45,814 nt of DNA from Escherichia phage DTL, in sequence record MG050172; one strand, 5' to 3'. The notes under the pieces are model-generated. The model was not told where the DNA came from. It searched no databases and was given only the letters and a program-made list of their open reading frames with translations. The stretch's first letter is position 1. The number at the start of each line of letters is the position of its first letter. Made by a program: the position numbers and the translations under genes. Shown here piece by piece: positions 1-8,671 of this stretch.

Positions 1-249
1 ATGATAGTCGAAACAGGACGCGCCGCCGTATGGGCGCACTGTGGAGAGGCGGGGTTGCAGGATGACATTAAGAAGATTTCTCGCTTCTTTGACATTAAAG
101 ATATCAGCGTTGTTTTCAATGGTAAATTCTCCTACATGGATGAACGCCCAAGAAAATACGTAAGAGTTAAACCAGGTGTCAGAATTGATGTTAATGAGTT
201 CCTTAAATCTGAGGGGTTCAAGTTTAAGATAACGAAGCCTAAGGATTAA
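1..249 (+). CDS. hypothetical protein, possibly 5'-truncated at window edge
   Basis: 82-aa ORF from the track; no recognisable motif. Confidence 0.3.
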   Translation: MIVETGRAAVWAHCGEAGLQDDIKKISRFFDIKDISVVFNGKFSYMDERPRKYVRVKPGVRIDVNEFLKSEGFKFKITKPKD

Positions 250-251
250 GT

Positions 252-503
252 ATGTTGGGTTTATATTTTCAGCCAGAGCATTATGATTTAGTGCATGGGC
301 AAAGTGGTGCAAAGTTTAGAGCGATACCTATCGCTGACTGGCTCCCTCCTGATTATGTGGATGTGAACGCAAAAACTAAAGACGGGAAGTGGGTGCGGAT
401 TTACTACTCCCCAGCATGCGGAAACCTTTGTATGACTGACCTTGATGGAAAATTAGCAATTAGTGCTGATTTGATTGGCTACTGGTTGAAAGAAGTTGAA
501 TGA
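252..503 (+). CDS. hypothetical protein
   Basis: 83-aa ORF directly after the previous stop, same strand. Confidence 0.35.
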   Translation: MLGLYFQPEHYDLVHGQSGAKFRAIPIADWLPPDYVDVNAKTKDGKWVRIYYSPACGNLCMTDLDGKLAISADLIGYWLKEVE

Positions 504-585
504 AGAGCCTGATACTAGTAGCATTAGTCCCACTGCTTAGCTTTACTATCTTATACTTTATCGTAATGAATTAAGGAACTTATAA

Positions 586-1722
586 ATGGCAACTGCAAAG
601 ATTACCAACGAAGAACTTCGCGAAGAGCTGAAAAATGGCATGACCAACAAGGCAATCTCAGAGAAGTACGGAATGAACATTCGCAACGTTGAATTGCGTC
701 GTAGTAAATTGGCAAAATCCGGCGAGCTTCATGGAAACCCTGGAATTAAGAAGCTAGTTCCTGACGGCTATTTGGTCAAGGGGACTTCAACAATGATTGA
801 CGCTGAAGGTAACGAAAAGATTATATGGGTAAAGACTTCAATAGACAATGAGCGCCTTGAAGTACTAATGGAGCAAGCTCGAGAGGCATTTTGTTCAGAG
901 TTGCCAAAAGCTATTCCATCTCAATCACCTAATGTTAACTTTGATGATAACACGCTTTCTATGTATCCAGTTTTTGATTTGCACATTGGGGCAATGGCTC
1001 ACAAACATGAGTGCGGCGAAAACTATGATACAGCAACAGCAGAGAAGGTTATGAATGGGTTCTTTGACTACGCTGTAGATAAGGCACCAAACTCTAAGAA
1101 TGCTGTATTGGTATTGGGTGGCGATTTCCTACATTACGATTCTCTGGAGGCTAAAACCCCGGCATCAGGTCACATATTAGATAGTGACAGTCGTTACGCC
1201 AAGATTGTTTATGTCGCAATCCGGTCAGTTCGTCGTGCGATTTCTAGAATGATGGAAAAGCATCAAGTTATTGATATTAAAGTAATAAGTGGGAATCACG
1301 ACGAGGCTGGGATGGTTTGGCTTCGCGCTGCTCTTGCTGCATTTTATGAAGACGAACCGCGAGTAAATGTTGATGTTAGCCCAGCTGCAATGATGATGAC
1401 AAGCTTTGGAACGACGCTTATTGGATACACGCATGGTCACCAAATGCGAAAAGCCGATACCCGACTAACTGTTATGGCAACTGATTTTCGTAAGTTATTT
1501 GGTCAAAGTGAGTATGTTTACACACATAGCGGACACTGGCATTCGCAGAAGATTACAGAAACAAACCTGGGAATTGATGAGGTTCACGGGCAGCTTGGAA
1601 GTCCTGACGCGTACTCCGCAAATGGCGGCTGGCGCTCTCAACGTCAAGCGGCAGTTATTGTCTACCATAAAGAATTCGGTGAAGTTGGTCGATTCATTTG
1701 TCGCCCTAAAATGTTTAGCTAA
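586..1722 (+). CDS. putative metallophosphoesterase with N-terminal HTH-like region
   Basis: 378-aa ORF; calcineurin-like motifs LGGDFLHYD and SGNHDE; RBS AAGGAA upstream; stop TAA abuts ATAGCAC element. Confidence 0.5.
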   Translation: MATAKITNEELREELKNGMTNKAISEKYGMNIRNVELRRSKLAKSGELHGNPGIKKLVPDGYLVKGTSTMIDAEGNEKIIWVKTSIDNERLEVLMEQAREAFCSELPKAIPSQSPNVNFDDNTLSMYPVFDLHIGAMAHKHECGENYDTATAEKVMNGFFDYAVDKAPNSKNAVLVLGGDFLHYDSLEAKTPASGHILDSDSRYAKIVYVAIRSVRRAISRMMEKHQVIDIKVISGNHDEAGMVWLRAALAAFYEDEPRVNVDVSPAAMMMTSFGTTLIGYTHGHQMRKADTRLTVMATDFRKLFGQSEYVYTHSGHWHSQKITETNLGIDEVHGQLGSPDAYSANGGWRSQRQAAVIVYHKEFGEVGRFICRPKMFS

Positions 1723-1793
1723 TAGCACCTTTTGTTAAAACAGTAGCCGCGAAAGCGGCTATTATTGTTTTATAGAAACGACAGGAGATTGAA

Positions 1794-2222
1794 ATGAATT
1801 GGCATGAACATTACGATTACAAAGATGGAAAGCTTTATAGGAAGTACCAAAACCACAATCACCCGGCAGGAAAGGAGTGTGGCTGGATTGATTTAAGGGG
1901 TTACGTTAGGACTAAGCTGTTTTCAAAGATGACTTTTGCCCATCTAGTAATATGGGAAATGCATAACGGAGAGGTTCCCGAGGGCATGGAGATCGACCAC
2001 ATTAATGGAGTTAAGCATGATAACAGGATTGAGAACCTAAGGTGCGTAGATAGGTGGGTAAACTGCAAGAATATGGCGAAGAGAAAAGACAATAAAAGCG
2101 GGCAAACTGGAGTTAGTTACGTTGAGTCAAGAAATGTTTGGGTAGTAAGTATACATGTAAACAAATTCACACATAGTCACACGTGCGATACGAAAGATGA
2201 GGCAATTTCAATTGCAAAATAA
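1794..2222 (+). CDS. HNH homing endonuclease
   Basis: Signature AHLVIWEMHNGEVPEGMEIDHINGVKHDNRIENLR; RBS GGAG upstream. Confidence 0.8.
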   Translation: MNWHEHYDYKDGKLYRKYQNHNHPAGKECGWIDLRGYVRTKLFSKMTFAHLVIWEMHNGEVPEGMEIDHINGVKHDNRIENLRCVDRWVNCKNMAKRKDNKSGQTGVSYVESRNVWVVSIHVNKFTHSHTCDTKDEAISIAK

Positions 2223-2348
2223 ATTTACGCAGAAAACCCAGAATTCACAGAGAGGCACGGTAAATAGCACTTTTTGCCTAACCCACGCCGTAGAAATACG
2301 GCATAATCACCACATCGAAACGAGACAAACCAAGAGAGGAAGCACAAA

Positions 2349-2525
2349 ATGACTAAAATGATTTATTGCACCAAGAACAACTCCAAGACACTGCCATTTA
2401 CAGTTAACCAGCCGTACAATGCAGAGTATCAGGGTGACGGATACTACAAAATTTACGGTGACGATATGACGTGGATTTTAGCGCCGATTGACGGTTCGTT
2501 GGTTGAATTTATTATCGCAGACTAG
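2349..2525 (+). CDS. small hypothetical protein (58 aa)
   Basis: ATG after RBS-like AGAGAGGAAG; preceded by CATCGAAACGAGAC leader motif; followed by terminator. Confidence 0.3.
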   Translation: MTKMIYCTKNNSKTLPFTVNQPYNAEYQGDGYYKIYGDDMTWILAPIDGSLVEFIIAD

Positions 2526-2551
2526 CGCAGAAAAAACATAGCGTTACAAAC

Positions 2552-2578
2552 GGGGAGCCTTTTGGCTCCCTTTTTTTA
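2552..2578 (+). terminator. rho-independent terminator
   Basis: GGGAGCC-TTTT-GGCTCCC hairpin followed by T7 run. Confidence 0.7.
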
Positions 2579-2655
2579 TGCTTCTTTTCCGAGCGGTGCT
2601 AATGTATCATTCTTTTATTAACTTAAACATTGACAAATACATAAAGGTGGATCAC

Positions 2656-2871
2656 ATGAGGGAAGTAATTAACGCCGCTACGGCATCAACTGGCGGTGCT
2701 GCGTTTACTGGAGCTGCAACTGGTCAAATGACTATAGCAATAATCAGCCTTATCGCTCTAATCATTTTTGGAGCTTGGGGGGCTTATTGGAAGTATAAGG
2801 ATAGCCAGGCGATTCGCAGAGCGCTTGAATCTGGGGATTTAAAAACAGCAATCAATATAAGGAGCAAATAA
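2656..2871 (+). CDS. putative holin
   Basis: Small protein with hydrophobic TM segment IAIISLIALIIFGAWGAYW and charged C-terminus; RBS AGGTGG; immediately upstream of endolysin. Confidence 0.55.
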   Translation: MREVINAATASTGGAAFTGAATGQMTIAIISLIALIIFGAWGAYWKYKDSQAIRRALESGDLKTAINIRSK

Positions 2872-3357
2872 ATGAAGCAGAAGCTGCTAATTAGCGCGGC
2901 TACGGCTGCGGCAATATACATCGCAGCGCCGCTTATTGAGCTCGTTGAGGGTGTGGAGAACAAGCCTTACATGGACATTGCCGGAATCCCTACGGTGTGT
3001 TCCGGTATTACCGGTCCAGATGTGGTCTGGGGTAAAACATACAGCAACAGGGAGTGCCGGAACCTGCTTGAGAAACACATTGAGATTCATGACAAGCATG
3101 TTCAAAGTGCTGTAACCTACCCAATAGCACCGCAGACAAGAGCGGCGTTAATCAGCTTTAGCTACAATGTTGGAGGCTCAGCGATGAGGAAATCAACTGC
3201 TGTTAAGTTGATTAACCAGGGTAAAGTGGAGCAGGGCTGTAAGGCTCTAGGCCTTTGGAATAAAGCTACCGTTAATAGCAAGAAGGTTGTGGTTAAGGGG
3301 TTAGTAAATCGCAGGAATGAGGAGATTAAGTTATGCTTAAGTGGATTGCAGCGTTAG
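2872..3357 (+). CDS. SAR endolysin (T4-lysozyme-like muramidase)
   Basis: N-terminal signal-anchor-release segment; catalytic E-x8-D-x5-T pattern (ELVEGVENKPYMDIAGIPT); start overlaps holin stop (TAAATG). Confidence 0.75.
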   Translation: MKQKLLISAATAAAIYIAAPLIELVEGVENKPYMDIAGIPTVCSGITGPDVVWGKTYSNRECRNLLEKHIEIHDKHVQSAVTYPIAPQTRAALISFSYNVGGSAMRKSTAVKLINQGKVEQGCKALGLWNKATVNSKKVVVKGLVNRRNEEIKLCLSGLQR

Positions 3358-3722
3358 TAATGTGCGTAGCTTTATCTGGGTGTTCAGCAACATCTGCTCT
3401 GACTGGTTTGATTGGCAGTAAGCCAGAGATTAGCGCTCAAGCTGGTGCAGAGAACAATAAGGTTGGTGTTGGGTTAACGAACAAGGTTGACTCCAGTAAC
3501 TCCAGCGAAGCTACGGTTAAGGATTCCAAGGTTGGGTCACTGGATAGCTCGAGCGGGAAAAAGACTGCTGATAACTCTATTAAGGCCTCAACAATTACCG
3601 CCGAAAAGATTGAGATTACTAATAACGAATCATCAGCGCTTCCGTGGGTTGGAACAGGAGCTATGGGTCTGCTGGTTTTAATTCTCATGGCATTAATCTT
3701 AAGACGTAAAAAAGCCTCCTAA
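3333..3722 (+). CDS. unimolecular spanin (T1 gp11-like): OM lipoprotein signal plus C-terminal TMD
   Basis: Lipobox LSGC near N-terminus, Ser/Thr-rich periplasmic region, C-terminal TM helix GAMGLLVLILMALIL then RRKK; overlaps endolysin 3' end. Confidence 0.7.
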   Translation: MLKWIAALVMCVALSGCSATSALTGLIGSKPEISAQAGAENNKVGVGLTNKVDSSNSSEATVKDSKVGSLDSSSGKKTADNSIKASTITAEKIEITNNESSALPWVGTGAMGLLVLILMALILRRKKAS

Positions 3723-3729
3723 TGGAGGC
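3714..3729. terminator. putative bidirectional terminator hairpin between convergent genes
   Basis: GCCTCC-TAAT-GGAGGC hairpin flanked by A-run upstream and T-run downstream. Confidence 0.45.
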
Positions 3730-3736
3730 TATATTT

Positions 3737-4072
3737 TTAGCTAAATAACTCGTCGTCCGTCATTTTTCCTATGTTCATCATCTCTTTTATGTACTTGCTC
3801 TCATACCCGCTAAGCGCCTCAAAGTTAAACTCAAATGGCCTCTTCAAGCTGCCATTGCTAACAAACTCACCACACTTACCATCAATGTATCCTGCAGTAA
3901 GCATCTTTGCGCAAAACTCCTTTGATGCAGCGCTGCAAAATTCCCTATGCGATAAGCCTGCTGCCTTGCTGAATCTCTGAGACTCCTTATGTTGGTAGAT
4001 GAATCGCGCCAAATGCTGGCGCGTAAAGTAACTAAAACTTTCACAGAACTTAAATATATCGAGCAGGAACAT
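3737..4072 (-). CDS. hypothetical protein
   Basis: 111-aa ORF immediately downstream of the 527-aa minus-strand gene. Confidence 0.4.
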   Translation of the reverse strand: MFLLDIFKFCESFSYFTRQHLARFIYQHKESQRFSKAAGLSHREFCSAASKEFCAKMLTAGYIDGKCGEFVSNGSLKRPFEFNFEALSGYESKYIKEMMNIGKMTDDELFS

Positions 4073-4075
4073 TTA

Positions 4076-5659
4076 TCACCCCAGCAGTCGCGGATTAATG
4101 TAAACTTTATCACCAATCAGGCACGTATAGTTCTTCTCATCGAGCATCGGCAGTAAGTGATCTTTAATCTTCGTCATTACTCCAGCCTGAGCCTCGAACG
4201 GCTTAACCTTGCGAGCCGCTTCATACAATGAACGAATGCCAACAACACCCTTACCGTTTTTGCCTTGCTTGATCAGAATGTCAATCAACTTATTCATCTC
4301 GGCATTGTCACCAGCGTGACCTGCGGCATTAGCAGATGAAAGGTAAGTTTTGCTTAGTTCATTAAACATAATTACAGCTTCTTGCATGGTATCCAATTCA
4401 ATTTCCCTGGACTTCTGCGGACTACCACCATTTGGGTTGAACCAGTTACGCACAGTGTGAAGAACCGCCGCAATCCTGATAGCCTGTTTATCGAATTTAC
4501 CCAGGGCGCCGCGCAGCATCGTGTGCGAATATTTTCCGCCGTCAGCAAGGTGCGGCTCCATTTCCTGGCGTGCTTTGTTGAGATATTTCATTGCCGAGTT
4601 GCTAACCGTGAGCTTAACATCTTGTTCGTTCATTATTTCGTGAACCAAGCGGAAATAATCAGCCTTCAGCCCACCATCAATAGGTTCGTAAGTTGAGTCT
4701 CCATTCTCATCAACGAACACGCGCTCGCCAAGAAATGACTTCTCGCGTACAAGCAGAAAACGCTCAGAAACACCGATACCACGCGCACCAGCATTCATGA
4801 TTGCGTTAATCGTCTCATCCTGCGCAATTACAGATATGCAGCCCATAGCAACGAAACTCATATTATTCTCTGAGTTCGCGCGCGCAATAGATACGTTACC
4901 CGCATCCCACGCTTTAAGCACGAGTTCGCTGTTCGTTTTCTTAGAGCCATCACCATAGGTCATGCCTAAAAGTGAGTTAACGCTAGTTGCTTCGTCAGAA
5001 ATTACCGCAAAGTTGCCCTGACGGTTGTTTATTCGCGCAAGACCTTCCGGCGTGGTGTCGGATACGGGGAAAACGATATCGCAAAGTTTCTCGAGCTTTT
5101 CCTCAAGATCCTCCTTCTCCTCAAAAAGAGAGGCCATCTCTGACGGAGATTTTTCCTGCTTAATCTCTTTGGATAATGCAGATAGTTTGGCCATAATCTT
5201 TTTTCGCTCACGTTTTCGCACTTCATTAAGCCGCTCAGTCTCAGCAATCATTGGAGCAATTGAAAGTGAGTTGATTGCTGATTTACCAGTCGATGGCGGC
5301 TGGCTTGTTACAACATAAAGCGAAGTTGGTTGCTGAGTTCCGTGATACTCAACTGTAAATCGTCCTAGCATGGCGGCAGAAATACACCCCAGGAAGTGCA
5401 TGTATGCGGACGACTCCGGAAACTGAACAGAACGAGCGATATTGGATGATAGTTTGCCAACAACATCAATATCATTACCCAATGAGATTACGGGATACTT
5501 GTCATTAGCCGCATCAATCTCGACTGGCGCTTTCCAGAATGATTGAGACTGGCGATATCCATTAGCATTAATAGCGACTCGCAGTGGGGTGAGGTTGTCT
5601 GCTGCAGCAATTGCCATAACCTGTTCAACAGATAGTTTATCTTCGTTGAAATCAAACAT
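4076..5659 (-). CDS. hypothetical protein (527 aa), full-length member of a two-member paralog family
   Basis: Long ORF; N- and C-terminal ~40 and ~80 aa are homologous to the 140-aa product of 8671..9093. Confidence 0.5.
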   Translation of the reverse strand: MFDFNEDKLSVEQVMAIAAADNLTPLRVAINANGYRQSQSFWKAPVEIDAANDKYPVISLGNDIDVVGKLSSNIARSVQFPESSAYMHFLGCISAAMLGRFTVEYHGTQQPTSLYVVTSQPPSTGKSAINSLSIAPMIAETERLNEVRKRERKKIMAKLSALSKEIKQEKSPSEMASLFEEKEDLEEKLEKLCDIVFPVSDTTPEGLARINNRQGNFAVISDEATSVNSLLGMTYGDGSKKTNSELVLKAWDAGNVSIARANSENNMSFVAMGCISVIAQDETINAIMNAGARGIGVSERFLLVREKSFLGERVFVDENGDSTYEPIDGGLKADYFRLVHEIMNEQDVKLTVSNSAMKYLNKARQEMEPHLADGGKYSHTMLRGALGKFDKQAIRIAAVLHTVRNWFNPNGGSPQKSREIELDTMQEAVIMFNELSKTYLSSANAAGHAGDNAEMNKLIDILIKQGKNGKGVVGIRSLYEAARKVKPFEAQAGVMTKIKDHLLPMLDEKNYTCLIGDKVYINPRLLG

Positions 5660-5733
5660 TACTTCTCTCCGTATTGTTTCTGAGCGGCCATTATATCAAC
5701 GACCGCTTATAATTCATTATCAATTTTTGCTAT

Positions 5734-6087
5734 TTACAGGTATTGAGCCTCAAAATAGTACGTGCCACAGAGAGTAAAGAACCCAACACCCTCACTTCGG
5801 TAAAGCTGCCATGGCTGACCATCTTCGTCATAAATGTATCCGGCATTTTGTCCAAGCCCCGCATGAAGTGCCACCTGGTATCTCTTTCCAAGCTTGAATG
5901 ACTTCTTAAGTGATGAGTTGTGGTTAACTCTGGTTACATAAAGAGTCTTGGTCTTAATGTATTTGCCGCGCTCTTCAAGGTTAAACCATTTGCCATCTTT
6001 CTTGATTTGATCCACTCCATCTTTAACGCGAGCCTTGTATAGTACGTTTTCGTTGCTGATCCAGTTTTTAGTAATCGTAGTGGTCAT
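5734..6087 (-). CDS. hypothetical protein
   Basis: 117-aa ORF; preceded on its own strand by the TATATT -10 and CATCGAAACGAAAC leader. Confidence 0.45.
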   Translation of the reverse strand: MTTTITKNWISNENVLYKARVKDGVDQIKKDGKWFNLEERGKYIKTKTLYVTRVNHNSSLKKSFKLGKRYQVALHAGLGQNAGYIYDEDGQPWQLYRSEGVGFFTLCGTYYFEAQYL

Positions 6088-6150
6088 TTTGTTTGCCTTC
6101 GTGTGTTTCGTTTCGATGAGATGAATATACAGGAAAAGCCCCGAATGGCT

Positions 6151-6402
6151 TTAGCAATTAGTGCTATTTATTGCATTGAGTCCAAGTGGTGTTATCACTA
6201 CATTATACCAAGTTCCAATCTCTGGCTTATTTACATTATATGCCATCTCTACATAGCCTAGCCGAAATAGTTTTGGTATACACCTGGATGACTTGCCAGA
6301 ATCTCGAATCCTGCCTCGACTAAAGTCATAACTTATTTGATGAATCTCTCCATTATGAATGCAGTGGAGGGTTTTTATTGCGGATTCAGAAATTTTAATC
6401 AT
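6151..6402 (-). CDS. hypothetical protein
   Basis: 83-aa ORF; its stop lies within a minus-strand copy of the ATAGCAC element. Confidence 0.4.
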   Translation of the reverse strand: MIKISESAIKTLHCIHNGEIHQISYDFSRGRIRDSGKSSRCIPKLFRLGYVEMAYNVNKPEIGTWYNVVITPLGLNAINSTNC

Positions 6403-6566
6403 TTATGTTCACCGTTAATATTCTTTGCTTTTTCTATCGCCTTAAGCATAATTTCATGACTCTCCAGCAAGTCCTCGCGGAACCAATCACCGCAAGGCCA
6501 GCCCTTTCCAGACATTCTTGATATAACTTCAAAATCCCAATAATTCAAATCTGAAGGTAAAAGCAT
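6399..6566 (-). CDS. small hypothetical protein (55 aa)
   Basis: ORF found by eye, start/stop overlapping neighbours (ATGA); below track cutoff. Confidence 0.25.
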   Translation of the reverse strand: MLLPSDLNYWDFEVISRMSGKGWPCGDWFREDLLESHEIMLKAIEKAKNINGEHK

Positions 6567-6568
6567 AG

Positions 6569-7093
6569 TTATCTCCCGTGGTTTTTGTGGAATTTACCAT
6601 TCGCAAACTCAGCTCTAGCAGCAATTGCATCATCTATGTTGTCATAAAAACCAAGATGATATCTTTTCTTTTCGTATCTGGCGTAGGCGGCGAACTTTCC
6701 TGTTCGGCTCATGTAGCAAACACCAGTAACTCCGGTCTTGTTGTCAGACCTTCTTTTGGCGTTCCTTGTGTTTTCTGACCACGTTGCCAGCCTTAGGTTT
6801 GATATGTGGTTGTTTGATTTATCACCATCTATGTGGTCAACAACCATTTCATCTGGAACCTTTTGACCTGTCTCTATCTCGTAGACTATCTTATGAACAC
6901 AGTATAGCTTTGCGTGTATGCCAACTTGATGATACCCACTATTTGAAAGCTTGCATCCGCATGGCTTATTTGCGTGTCTTTTATTCCACCTCTTTAAGTC
7001 CCAATCTATATTGTTAGTGTGAGTGTCGATCGTTCTCTCCTTGAAGTAAGGGACTCCATCAACAAGATAAATATATTTAGAGAAGTCCATCAC
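6569..7093 (-). CDS. HNH homing endonuclease
   Basis: Motif VVDHIDGDKSNNHISNLRLATWSEN plus AP2-like C-terminus. Confidence 0.8.
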   Translation of the reverse strand: MMDFSKYIYLVDGVPYFKERTIDTHTNNIDWDLKRWNKRHANKPCGCKLSNSGYHQVGIHAKLYCVHKIVYEIETGQKVPDEMVVDHIDGDKSNNHISNLRLATWSENTRNAKRRSDNKTGVTGVCYMSRTGKFAAYARYEKKRYHLGFYDNIDDAIAARAEFANGKFHKNHGR

Positions 7094-7329
7094 TTCACCT
7101 CGTCAAAAGTTGCGATTCCAGGAATAAACATTCCAACCTTCCAGCCAGCGATGGCAATCCATCCAGAATCGTGCTTGTGCGGTCGCTCAGCGCCTTTAAT
7201 TAACCACTCGTTCGGGATTGCCTTGCCATTAATGATTAGCGGCTCAGCGTCGTATACAGAGCCTTTAACGAAGGGTGTTAGGACTTTCTTGTCGGTACTT
7301 GTGATGCAATTGGTGCAGCGAATTTTCAT
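7090..7329 (-). CDS. hypothetical protein
   Basis: 79-aa ORF overlapping HNH start. Confidence 0.4.
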   Translation of the reverse strand: MKIRCTNCITSTDKKVLTPFVKGSVYDAEPLIINGKAIPNEWLIKGAERPHKHDSGWIAIAGWKVGMFIPGIATFDEVK

Positions 7330-7342
7330 ATTTCAATCCTCA

Positions 7343-7516
7343 AAATGGAATGCAGTGATTACAACCCTCACCACTACAACAGAAATCTTCATCTTCTGAC
7401 TGGAATTGCTTTGCCAGATCAATGTCTAGCTTTCCGCGCACCACAAGGTCTGTGTAATCTTCGTTAAGTCCAATCAGTGCACATTCGTGACGTAACTCAT
7501 CTTTATCAAGCTTCAT
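7343..7516 (-). CDS. small Cys-containing hypothetical protein (57 aa)
   Basis: ORF found by eye with CCSGEGCNHC; first gene downstream of the minus-strand promoter element at 7571..7590. Confidence 0.3.
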
Positions 7517-7739
7517 GTCTTTCTCCTCGCTGTTGATGGGTTAACTATATCCCCACTAACTCATAATGTCTTTAGCAAAAAGTGCCATTCGTTAGATTTA
7601 TGGATTGTTGCAGATATTGCAATGATTCTCATGATTATTGCGTATATAGCAATATTGCTTCAGATGCAATGATTTTTTTGATTGTTGCGAAAAGTGAAAT
7701 GAAGTGGTGAGTGAGTGAATGAAAGAATGATGGACTACC

Positions 7740-8170
7740 ATACAAGTTGATTTTGATTCTGGCTGAGCCATTTTAACGCTTACGCGTAACGCCAGTAGCG
7801 CGATGTAAGCCAACGCCTATCGTTACGCTAGTTACGCGCAGATACGCCATGACTTACACTATAAGTGCTTAATATATATATATATCTTCTTTCTATTATT
7901 ATTATTATTATTAATATTATTGTATGTAAGTCGTGTAACGGGGGTCCCGGCGATATCTATATGTTTTTTCCTATCAGGATGCATTATTTCCATTTTATGT
8001 GAGATTTAGCCATTATGGGGCCACCCAGCCAATTTACCTCGTTACACGAACGACGCGAAACTACATTGAGCTATAGCTGGGCTAGTGTGCCATTTAGCGT
8101 AACGACCCCCGGAAGTTACCAAAAATTACACTTGACTACATGTGTAAGTCGGGATATGATTGATTCAACT
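7740..8170. promoter_or_regulatory. divergent control region A: iteron-like GTTACGC repeats, (AT)n and (ATT)n tracts
   Basis: ~650 bp between divergent gene blocks; TCGTTACGC/TAGTTACGC direct repeats, palindrome TTACGCGTAA, (AT)7 at ~7873 and (ATT)6 at ~7894; homologous to 34400..34860. Confidence 0.5.
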
Positions 8171-8191
8171 TAAACGAGAGGAGTGATAGAG

Positions 8192-8671
8192 ATGAGCGAG
8201 AAGGTAACATTAGGCCAAGTGATTCGTGAGATGGTAAAAGCAGCGCTTAATTCTGAGGATAAGCAGATCAGCGTGACACTCAACAAGATTGAGAGCCTTA
8301 TTGGCGCCGAGGATGGTGGTCTACACAAGCTTAAGAGCTCATACATCTACAATACAACGGCTCGTATGCCTGAGTTGAGAGGCGCGGGGCTGAAGGCAAC
8401 TCACCATTATGATGAGGAAAGGGGTATTAATGAATTTACTGGGAGTGAGATACTTGGGGATAAAAAGCTGGTTATCAAGCTGATTCCTGGAACTGCAAAC
8501 ATTGGAATCAGAAAGAAGACCAACGACGCGATCAAGGATGAGGCAATCACTGAGTTCAAGTCCAGGATTTCTAAGGTGATGCCAGACCTTTCTGAGTATG
8601 AAGGTGAGGCGCTTGCTGCTGCGATGAAGGCCATTAAAGATTACCGTCTAATTATTGAGGAGATTAAGTAA
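8192..8671 (+). CDS. hypothetical protein
   Basis: ATG after RBS GAGGAG; track ORF 8183..8671. Confidence 0.45.
   Translation: MSEKVTLGQVIREMVKAALNSEDKQISVTLNKIESLIGAEDGGLHKLKSSYIYNTTARMPELRGAGLKATHHYDEERGINEFTGSEILGDKKLVIKLIPGTANIGIRKKTNDAIKDEAITEFKSRISKVMPDLSEYEGEALAAAMKAIKDYRLIIEEIK

Noticed and set aside
1225-1728. Minus-strand ORFs 1225..1443 and 1495..1728 and plus ORF 1499..1738
   Set aside because: Lie inside or overlap the 378-aa metallophosphoesterase ORF and lack start context; treated as frame noise.
7598-7813. 71-aa minus-strand track ORF
   Set aside because: Sits inside control region A, upstream of the minus-strand promoter element, and spans iteron-like repeats; likely noncoding.
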